Assembly: GCA_002269645.1 (NCBI GenBank)
Contig: NIVC01002820.1
Span: 74,082-138,081 of the forward strand
Direction of reading: 5' to 3'
DNA length: 64,000 bases
Source: Macrostomum lignano
Lineage: Eukaryota
Both the position numbers and the translations under genes were made by a program. The notes below the pieces were generated by a model. That model saw only the letters and a list, made by a program, of their open reading frames with translations. It was not told the DNA's origin and searched no databases. Shown here one piece after another: positions 40,501 through 50,567 of the stretch. Position 1 is the stretch's first letter. Each line of letters opens with the position of its first letter.

Positions 40501-43500
40501 AATCAGTACTGAAGCCTATTTCCAAGAAATTCAACTGCTCCAGTTTCTAGGAATCAGTACTGAAGCCTATTTCCAAGAAATTCAACTGCTCCAGTTTCTA
40601 GGAATCAGTACTGAAGCCTATTTCCAAGAAATTCAACTGCTCCAGTTTCTAGGAATCAGTACTGAAGCCTATTTCCAAGAAATTCAACTGCTCCAGTTTC
40701 TAGGAATCAGTACTGAAGCCTATTTCCAAGAAATTCAACTGCTCCAGTTTCTAGGAATCAGTACTGAAGCCTATTTCCAAGAAATTCAACTGCTCCAGTT
40801 TCTAGGAATCAGTACTGAAGCCTATTTCCAAGAAATTCAACTGCTCCAGTTTCTAGGAATCAGTACTGAAGCCTATTTCCAAGAAATTCAACTGCTCCAG
40901 TTTCTAGGAATCAGTACTGAAGCCTATTTCCAAGAAATTCAACTGCTCCAGTTTCTAGGAATCAGTACTGAAGCCTATTTCCAAGAAATTCAACTGCTCC
41001 AGTTTCTAGGAATCAGTACTGAAGCCTATTTCCAAGAAATTCAACTGCTCCAGTTTCTAGGAATCAGTACTGAAGCCTATTTCCAAGAAATTCAACTGCT
41101 CCAGTTTCTAGGAATCAGTACTGAAGCCTATTTCCAAGAAATTCAACTGCTCCAGTTTCTAGGAATCAGTACTGAAGCCTATTTCCAAGAAATTCAACTG
41201 CTCCAGTTTCTAGGAATCAGTACTGAAGCCTATTTCCAAGAAATTCAACTGCTCCAGTTTCTAGGAATCAGTACTGAAGCCTATTTCCAAGAAATTCAAC
41301 TGCTCCAGTTTCTAGGAATCAGTACTGAAGCCTATTTCCAAGAAATTCAACTGCTCCAGTTTCTAGGAATCAGTACTGAAGCCTATTTCCAAGAAATTCA
41401 ACTGCTCCAGTTTCTAGGAATCAGTACTGAAGCCTATTTCCAAGAAATTCAACTGCTCCAGTTTCTAGGAATCAGTACTGAAGCCTATTTCCAAGAAATT
41501 CAACTGCTCCAGTTTCTAGGAATCAGTACTGAAGCCTATTTCCAAGAAATTCAACTGCTCCAGTTTCTAGGAATCAGTACTGAAGCCTATTTCCAAGAAA
41601 TTCAACTGCTCCAGTTTCTAGGAATCAGTACTGAAGCCTATTTCCAAGAAATTCAACTGCTCCAGTTTCTAGGAATCAGTACTGAAGCCTATTTCCAAGA
41701 AATTCAACTGCTCCAGTTTCTAGGAATCAGTACTGAAGCCTATTTCCAAGAAATTCAACTGCTCCAGTTTCTAGGAATCAGTACTGAAGCCTATTTCCAA
41801 GAAATTCAACTGCTCCAGTTTCTAGGAATCAGTACTGAAGCCTATTTCCAAGAAATTCAACTGCTCCAGTTTCTAGGAATCAGTACTGAAGCCTATTTCC
41901 AAGAAATTCAACTGCTCCAGTTTCTAGGAATCAGTACTGAAGCCTATTTCCAAGAAATTCAACTGCTCCAGTTTCTAGGAATCAGTACTGAAGCCTATTT
42001 CCAAGAAATTCAACTGCTCCAGTTTCTAGGAATCAGTACTGAAGCCTATTTCCAAGAAATTCAACTGCTCCAGTTTCTAGGAATCAGTACTGAAGCCTAT
42101 TTCCAAGAAATTCAACTGCTCCAGTTTCTAGGAATCAGTACTGAAGCCTATTTCCAAGAAATTCAACTGCTCCAGTTTCTAGGAATCAGTACTGAAGCCT
42201 ATTTCCAAGAAATTCAACTGCTCCAGTTTCTAGGAATCAGTACTGAAGCCTATTTCCAAGAAATTCAACTGCTCCAGTTTCTAGGAATCAGTACTGAAGC
42301 CTATTTCCAAGAAATTCAACTGCTCCAGTTTCTAGGAATCAGTACTGAAGCCTATTTCCAAGAAATTCAACTGCTCCAGTTTCTAGGAATCAGTACTGAA
42401 GCCTATTTCCAAGAAATTCAACTGCTCCAGTTTCTAGGAATCAGTACTGAAGCCTATTTCCAAGAAATTCAACTGCTCCAGTTTCTAGGAATCAGTACTG
42501 AAGCCTATTTCCAAGAAATTCAACTGCTCCAGTTTCTAGGAATCAGTACTGAAGCCTATTTCCAAGAAATTCAACTGCTCCAGTTTCTAGGAATCAGTAC
42601 TGAAGCCTATTTCCAAGAAATTCAACTGCTCCAGTTTCTAGGAATCAGTACTGAAGCCTATTTCCAAGAAATTCAACTGCTCCAGTTTCTAGGAATCAGT
42701 ACTGAAGCCTATTTCCAAGAAATTCAACTGCTCCAGTTTCTAGGAATCTGTACTGAAGCCTATTTCCAAGAAATTCAACTGCTCCAGTTTCTAGGAATCA
42801 GTACTGAAGCCTATTTCCAAGAAATTCAACTGCTCCAGTTTCTAGGAATCAGTACTGAAGCCTATTTCCAAGAAATTCAACTGCTCCAGTTTCTAGGAAT
42901 CAGTACTGAAGCCTATTTCAAGAAATTCAACTGCTCCAGTTTCTAGGAATCAGTACTGAAGCCTATTTCCAAGAAATTCAACTGCTCCAGTTTCTAGGAA
43001 TCAGTACTGAAGCCTATTTCCAAGAAATTCAACTGCTCCAGTTTCTAGGAATCAGTACTGAAGCCTATTTCCAAGAAATTCAACTGCTCCAGTTTCTAGG
43101 AATCAGTACTGAAGCCTATTTCCAAGAAATTCAACTGCTCCAGTTTCTAGGAATCAGTACTGAAGCCTATTTCCAAGAAATTCAACTGCTCCAGTTTCTA
43201 GGAATCAGTACTGAAGCCTATTTCCAAGAAATTCAACTGCTCCAGTTTCTAGGAATCAGTACTGAAGCCTATTTCCAAGAAATTCAACTGCTCCAGTTTC
43301 TAGGAATCTGTACTGAAGCCTATTTCAAGAAATTCAACTGCTCCAGTTTCTAGGAATCTGTACTGAAGCCTATTTCCAAGAAATTCAACTGCTCCAGTTT
43401 CTAGGAATCTGTACTGAAGCCTATTTCAAGAAATTCAACTGCTCCAGTTTCTAGGAATCTGTACTGAAGCCTATTTCAAGAAATTCAACTGCTCCAGTTT

Positions 43501-43733
43501 CTAGGAATCTGTACTGAAGCCTATTTCAAGAAATTCAACTGCTCCAGTTTCTAGGAATCTGTACTGAAGCCTATTTCCAAGAAATTCAACTGCTCCAGTT
43601 TCTAGGAATCTGTACTGAAGCCTATTTCCAAGAAATTCAACTGCTCCAGTTTCTAGGAATCTGTACTGAAGCCTATTTCCAAGAAATTCAACTGCTCCAG
43701 TTTCTAGGAATCTGTACTGAAGCCTATTTCAAG
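10599..43733. repeat. 33-kb tandem array of a 51-bp unit, about 650 copies
   Basis: Consensus CAGTACTGAAGCCTATTTCCAAGAAATTCAACTGCTCCAGTTTCTAGGAAT. Printed lines recur every 1020 bp (20 x 51). Substitution variants occur at the edges, 1-bp contractions at about 12.5-23.6 kb and 42.9-43.7 kb, and the core is near-perfect at about 23.65-42.7 kb. Degenerate copies extend to about 43830. Confidence 0.99.
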
Positions 43734-44348
43734 CTCCAAGACTCTTCAAGAGATCGGTACTAAAGCCTATTTTATAAGAATCGCACCTGTTCCAGTTACT
43801 CGTACTAATATTCACTATCGAAGCCAATTTTCTTATCCTATTTTCGCTTTTCAAGAATCATCGAGGAAAGGTAACGACTTCTACGCCCTTGCCCGATGTT
43901 GACTCAGTTTCGAAACCTCAGTTTCGACAAAAATCTTAGGCCGTCCGTCATGTTGCTGGGCCAGTACTTGCGTACTGTAGAAAAAGACGACTACTTGACA
44001 TCGTCGAGGGTTTCTGTTCCATAGAAGAGCCGCACCCTTCATCCGGTTTTTTAAACATTTATTCGCGTTTTCGGTAAACATCGTGTTAAAATGTGTGATT
44101 GCACGTATTAGAATTCGAATAGCACGTACAAGTTTTGCAAATACGTTCGTGTGTGCTTTTGTTGCTTTATGTCGTTCTGACGACCACACTAACGCCAAAG
44201 TATCTTGCTGGGTGCTAAAGAAGAAGCTTATAAAACTGATCTTGCGTGTAACCTGCTAACAGTCATATGCAGTCTATAAACTTACCGCGGCTTATACATG
44301 TATTTAGTTCTTAGTTAAGCTGAACTGCTTTTATACAGCGCCGGTGTC

Positions 44349-46192
44349 ATGGAGTCGTTGCTCAGAGCTCCAATTATGCTGCTGTCGTTGCTGCTTCTTC
44401 TAGGGGTCTGTGCAGCAAGGCCTCACAGAGCCGACAAGACGAACAACGTCCACTCGGCCGACTTGCTGCCGCGACAGCCGCTCGCCAACGCCGTCAAGGC
44501 TGGCAACAAATTTGAAAATTTTGTCCGGCCAAAACAATCTCACACGGCAAATTCCGCGACTGCAACTGGCCGCACCCGGGTCTGCAACCACAGCGGCTGC
44601 CTCAAGCAAGTACGAGAGATACGTGGCAGGCCGTTGACGTAGTCAGCCTGCGGCGAAATAGGGCCTGCATCACAATTAGATTTTAGAAGTATAGAGTACG
44701 TGTGGTAATAGTTGTGTGAATTCTGTCGCGCAATAAGAGCCGTTCTTCCCCTGAAAGTCAGATCCGACTCCCTCTCTCTCTAGCGGTACCGGTTGAGCTA
44801 TGAGGATTGAGGAGATAGCCGGGTGGTCCGATATGCATCTGAAGCTTAATCACTTCAGAACCTCTCACCGCTTCTAACCACTCTTAGCTCGTATTAAAAT
44901 TTATTGGGCTCCTAATCTCAAACAGACAGTTGAGATCTCAACCGTGAGTGGCGCGACGCCCAGCAGCGTGGCCGAGACTGCGAGCGCTGCGGAACCGGAA
45001 GCCACAAGCGCCGCCAGTGTCGAGACGCCGAGCGTGAGTGTACCAGAAGCGACAGGCCCGACATTGAGCACGGAGTCAACACAGACAGTTGAGAGCTCGA
45101 CCGTGAGTGGCGCGACGCCCAGCAGCGAGACCGAGACTGCGAGCACTGCGTCTGCGTCTACTGTTTCCACTGCGGAACCGGAAGTGACAAGCGCCGCTCG
45201 TTCGACCTTATCATCAACAACATCAACATTGGCATCGTTTTCTCGAAGTTCGAACCTTGATATTGTTGGCGTTACTGAAAAGTTGGATTTAGTGACAAAG
45301 TTTACTGTTTCTGGTATAATATTTTTAATTTTAAGTGAAATACGTTTGTCTTATTTTCATCTGAGAAGTTTATTTAAGGACTTCGATAAAAATTGCAGTG
45401 TCGCAGCCCACTCCCACTAGAGAATATATTTTCATGCCGAAAATCGATTTCGGGGCAAGTATAGTTGTTTTTAATTAGGGCTTTGACTGTTTTGTGAATT
45501 GTTGAGATTTTACTGTTGTCTTTTTTTCTTGCAGAACGTTCGTGAAATCGCAAGTGAGTCGGTAACATCCGTTCTTTCTATTTTTCTCTTTTTAGCAATA
45601 TCTTTGTCTGATTTTTTTTCAGTTACGGGAGAGCCAGACCAGGTTGATTATCCCTACCTGACTATTAACGATTCTGACAGATTTTCTAGATTGACCTACA
45701 CTCCATGGTCGGAGGTATGTGCTGCTGGGTGATATTATTGTCATGAATTCAAAACCACTGAGATTGACTTTTATCAATACTTCTGCCTTTTACTGATCCC
45801 CCAGTGCATGTGCGACCACAGCTCCAACGAGATCTATCAGACCAGGAAAATCATCTGCGTGAGCGTCTTCAACGAGTTGCTGCCCACCAGGACCTGCATG
45901 GATCAGCTCACCGAGGATTTCGCTTCGTATATGCTGCAGAGCTGCAGCTACAGGGACAACTGCGACCCGCTTGGACAGTCCACTCTGCACTGGGTGCCTG
46001 GAAACTGCAGCAGAGCTCTGGGTCTGCGGATCATGACGCCGTCTTGTCGAATTGGCGATCGCCAGGTGCCACTGAGCTTCTGCCGCAGCCAGGATGAGGG
46101 CCCCGCCTGGAAGAGTGCTCAGTGCGACCGGTCTAGTTGGGCTGGGTTAGACGAACCCGAGTTCCCGAATTTACGAGTACATCGCGTATTTG
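44349..46192 (+). CDS. Secreted Ser/Thr-rich mucin-like protein with thrombospondin type-1 (ADAMTS-like) repeat region and microexons; 3' end unresolved
   Basis: Proposed exons: 44349-44609 (signal peptide MESLLRAPIMLLSLLLLLGVCAA), 44926-45313 (S/T/A/E-rich repeats), 45399-45454, 45535-45553 (19 nt), 45623-45714 (...RLTYTPWSE) and 45805-46192 (CMCDHSSNEIYQTRKIIC...C...HWVPGNCSRALGLRIMTPSCRIGDRQVPLSFC...WKSAQC). WSEC, Trp/Arg and Cys spacing are TSP1-like. The last three junctions are canonical; the first ones are inferred. Confidence 0.75.
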
Positions 46193-47473
46193 GTAATGCA
46201 ATGTTTTATAAATTGTTTCTTTGTTTTTAGCGCCAACACTTCCCGGATGTGAACCGTCCAGCACAGCCCTCTCCTTTCGGTACTATTGTTTTTTGTCTTT
46301 TCAAAGCGTTCTTCTTGCAGTGCAGCGGGAATTTAAAGTGCTACGTGAAGTTTTTACTCTCGTTTGAGTTCCGCCTGTCTTTTCTGGCTTAATTTGGTTG
46401 TCTGGCAATTGGCTTGAGTTATCTTTGCCATATTGGTATTGGCTGAGCGGTGAAGCCATTACACCCCCTCTTCTGGCCGGTGTGTCAATCTTGTTTATCT
46501 CTGCCTCTAAGCTGGCCGATTGTCCCGTCTCCCAACCCAACCCAGGCAGGCTGTGGCCGGAGGTCGAGGATTATTTTAGGACGACTGAGGCTAAGATTTA
46601 GCATCAATTTTGAATTTTTGATGTTTACCTGTTTGGATACCGAATTATAAGCACTTTATTACCCCCTCAATAGCGGGTGCCATTAACTTAAGGGCAGCAG
46701 CATGGGTAAAAAATTAACTTTAAAAATACAACAAATGTCCAAATTTTGAGGGACTGATTTTTCCGGTGAGCGCTGTCTCTAGAGTTATTTTTTCTCGAAG
46801 TGCCAGACCGCCATTTGAGGCTTTGCTCCGCCATCCAGCGCGTCCCAGCGCCTGGCGTACTTGGTTACATACTCAATAATTCTGGGTTCAAAGATCCCGA
46901 CCGAGCACAGTTACTGCATTCCTGTTGTATTCAAGTAGGGCAGAATTTAGGAATATGTTAGATATGCTTTTGCACTACTGTCAGTAGTTTTAGCCAGGGA
47001 ATTGTGGCAGGGTAGATCGCTTATTTTGGGCTTCCTTATAGTTGACGCTCAGGGAAAAGCACCTTGAAAGTTACGCTCGTAGTTTTAACGTGCAAACAAG
47101 ACCAAGAAGAGAACTAGGTAAGAGGCGGGGAAAATTTAGGGAATACTTAAAATACGTAAAAAGGGAAGGTATTCAATGCCACTAACAGAGCAGTAAAAAG
47201 GTAGTCAATGCCAACTATTATTGCACCAATTTAACTCTCTGTAACTATTGCATGTTTAGACTTTTCTTTTACATCTTTAGAGCAATAAAAAGTGATAATT
47301 TCGGTTTCCTGTGTTGTTCTTTGATCGCTAAACTACTAGGATTAGGGAAATCAGGAAGCCTGGTGCCTGGTGGCAGCAACCTACGAATATAATCCACTAA
47401 ATATTAAAATAGACAAATCAGTAGCCTAAACCGCGAGGACACACTTTTCCTATGCCAATACTATTTGTTTTAG

Positions 47474-47532
47474 TCACGGAAGTGCCGGACACCGTCGATT
47501 ACCTCAATTTCAACGACCCTCCATGGTCGGAG
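47474..47532 (+). CDS. Isolated 59-nt exon paralogous to the 45623-45714 exon
   Basis: ttttag acceptor and gtaagt donor, phase 1 to 0. Encodes TEVPDTVDYLNFNDPPWSE versus TGEPDQVDYPYLTINDSDRFSRLTYTPWSE. Confidence 0.65.
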
Positions 47533-48218
47533 GTAAGTGCCACCCATAAGAAATACTATTGTCGAAAGTTTTATTGGGTTTAGTTTTTTAATTAATGGCT
47601 AACGAGGCAGAGGTGATTTTCTGAATCAGAAGGAAGCCCAGATCTGGCGCGTTTCTTTCGATATTCGAGCTATGCTTCCAAAAGCTAATGGTAAAACCAC
47701 AAATGTGGGAGATATTAGAAGCAGGCGAGGGTAGAGGTGAGAAAAAGCAGCAAATCATAAGTAAGAAAGGAGAGAGAGAGAAGAGGCCCACAGGCAAATG
47801 GACAGAAGGGAGAGCGGAGGAAAGAGTGGAGGTAAGCAGAAGAGTCGTACTAAGAGTTTGCACTGGGAACGTACGGGGGTGCAACTCGGACGCATGTACT
47901 CGTACATATATGTGGTCTTGAAACTATCGCACAGACAGGATGCAACGAGTTTCCACACAAGTTTGCGTATTGAGCTCAGTCTCAAGATTGAATAGTTACT
48001 GCCAGGTTTAGCTGAAACTCGTATACCTTAGGTAAATAGATTAGACTTCGTTTTATTATCTTTTTGTAACTTAATTTTCAGAAAGTTCAAGATATCACAA
48101 GTGAGTCAGTCATTTTGCTCTGCTCTTTCTATTCATCAGCTCCAACAATTCATTGTCCGCTGTTTCTTTCAGTTACGGGAGAGCCAGACCAGGTTGATTA
48201 TCCCTACCTGACTATTAA

Positions 48219-50567
48219 CAGTAGAACTACCAAGGGGGGGGGGGGGAAATTTCCCCCCCCCCTGACAATTTTTTTTGCTGCGCCGGAACGGAGCAACTCA
48301 GGCACACGAAATTCAAGAACACGGGCTAACTTTTTGTTGCGCACCTTCTCAAACAAGAATCAAGTCGCCAGCCCTCCGGACCGTCGAGATATTCGACGAT
48401 TCTGCCAGAAGGTCGGATTTTTCCCATAAGCGCTAGTGTATTCAGTACACCCCTGTGCGCCAATCAGCACTGCGCCTCAGTGCAGCCTTGCCAAGTCTCC
48501 AAATTTCATCAGCACGTCGACCACATGTGTCTGCATCAGTTCTGACTTCGTTGGTCACTAGCCTTTACCCAGGTGGAGCTTCTGGACCCTCAACAGCTGT
48601 GGCACCAGGTGACTATGGACACCCTGATGCGGATTTCTCTAGTTTCGCCGATCAAGCCTCGACAGTGGGCAAGAATCAGCCGCCAGACATTCTCAGCTAG
48701 TCTCTCAAGCATTCCGTCATCATCCGACGCCGTCGGCTCCTTCAACAGATTACACCAGGTGACTATGGACAGCCTGATAAGAATTTCTCTAGTTTCGCTG
48801 ATCAAGCCTCGACAGTGGGCAAAAATCAACTGCTGGACATCCTCAGCTAGTCATTCAAGCATTCAGCCATCACCCCGACGCCGTCGGCACCTTCAAAGGT
48901 GGCACCAGGTGACTATGAAGATCCTGTTGGAACTATATCAGATTTTTCTTATCAAGCTTCAATAATGGGCAAATCTCACTGCCGGACATTCTCAGCTAGT
49001 TTCTCGAGCCTTCAGTCATCATCCCGACGCCGTCGGCACCTTCAACAGATTACACCAGGTGACTATGGACACCCTGATGCTGATTTCTCTAGTTTCGCCG
49101 ATCAAGCCTCGACAGTGGGCAAGCCTCAACTTCTGAAAACCCTCAGCTAGTCTCTCGAGCCTTCCGTCACCACCCCGACGCCGTCGGCACCTTCAACAGA
49201 TTACACCAGGTGACTATGGACATCCTGTTGCAAATATGTCAGATTTTTCTTATCAAGCTTCAATAATGGGCAAACCTCAACCCACGGACATTGTTAGCTA
49301 GTTTCTCGAGCCTTCCGTCACCACCCCGACGCCGTCGGCACCTTCAACAGGTGGCACCAGGTGAGTAAGGACACCTGAGCGTGATTTTTCATCATGCTCT
49401 TAACATTTCTGAAGCTCTCAAATTTTTTAAGCACGGACATTGCTATTGTTAAGCTTGAATTCATGTTGCTGTATATGTATATTATTATTACACATACTTT
49501 TATACATACGAGCTACATACATACTTTATTTGACAAGCTGTTTAGTTTATTGAACTATAATATAAGAACCCAATAATAATATAAATATACAGCAACATGA
49601 GTTCAAGCTTAACTATAGCAATGTCCGTGCTTAAAAAATTTTGAGAGCTTCAAAATGTTAAGCGCATGATGAAAAATCACGCTCAGGTGTCCTTACTCAC
49701 CTGGTGCCACCTGTTGAAGGTGCCGACGGCGTCGGGATGATGACTGAAGGCTCGAGAAACTAGCTGAGAATGTCCGGCAGTGGAGATTTGCCCATTATTG
49801 AAGCTTGATAAGAAAAATCTGATATAGTTCCAACAGGATCTTCATAGTCACCTGGTGCCACCTTTTGAAGGTGCCGACGGCGTCGGGGTGATGGCTGAAT
49901 GCTTGAATGACTAGCTGAGGATGTTCAGCAGTTGATTTTTGCCCACTGTCGAGGCTTGATCAGCGAAACTAGAGAAATTCTTATCAGGCTGTCCATAGTC
50001 ACCTGGTGTAATCTGTTGAAGGAGCCGACGGCGTCGGGATGATGACGGAATGCTTGAGAGACTAGCTGAGAATGTCTGGCGGCTGATTCTTGCCCACTGT
50101 CGAGGCTTGATCGGCGAAACTAGAGAAATCCGCATCAGGGTGTCCATAGTCACCTGGTGCCACAGCTGTTGAGGGTCCAGAAGCTCCACCTGGGTGAAGG
50201 CTAGTGACCAACGAAGTCAGAACTGATGCAGACACATGTGGTCGACGTGCTGATGAAATTTGGAGACTTGGCAAGGCTGCACTGAGGCGCAGTGCTGATT
50301 GGCGCACAGGGGTGTACTGAATACACTAGCGCTTATGGGAAAAATCCGACCTTCTGGCAGAATCGCCGAATATCTCGACGGTCCGGAGGGCTGGCGACTT
50401 GATTCTTGTTTGAGAAGGTGCGCAACAAAAAGTTAGCCCGTGTTCTTGAATTTCGTGTGCCTGCGTTGCTCCGTTCCGGCGCAGCAAAAAAATTGTCAGG
50501 GGGGGGGAAATTTTTCCCCCCCTCTTGGTAGTTCGACGGGCGGAAAAATGGCTTGGTATTCCTACTG
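48219..50567. mobile_element. Foldback (almost fully palindromic) non-autonomous DNA transposon with TTAA target duplication, piggyBac-like
   Basis: TTAA at 48215-48218 and 50568-50571, against a single TTAA in the intact exon copy (ACTATTAACGATTC). Termini CAGTAG...CTACTG. Arms 48219-49489 and 49572-50567 are reverse complements around an 82-bp spacer. No transposase ORF. Confidence 0.85.
48600..49365 (+). repeat. 150-151-bp tandem repeats inside the foldback left arm (5 units; 3 units inverted at about 49695-50160)
   Basis: CCAGGTGA anchor at 48605, 48755, 48905, 49055, 49206 and 49357. Confidence 0.9.

Noticed and set aside
10599-43733. CRISPR-like array
   Set aside because: Units are head-to-tail with no unique spacers, there are no cas genes and the context is eukaryotic.
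10599-43733. Heat-shock element array
   Set aside because: The consensus has GAA-N1-TTC and TTC-N3-GAA, not the N2 spacing HSF needs. Only the possibly erroneous TTCAAGAA contraction gives N2.
43881-44198. 105-aa minus-strand ORF next to the array
   Set aside because: Alternative start, no recognisable motif and no splice context; likely spurious.
46690-46960. TTAAGGGCAGCAGCATGGG as a Kolobok/piggyBac-like terminus
   Set aside because: No matching inverted end or second TTAA was found in the window.
48455-50307. Mirror-image ORFs on both strands (81, 130, 92 aa)
   Set aside because: They arise from the palindromic arms. Units contain stops or shift frame, and none resembles a transposase.
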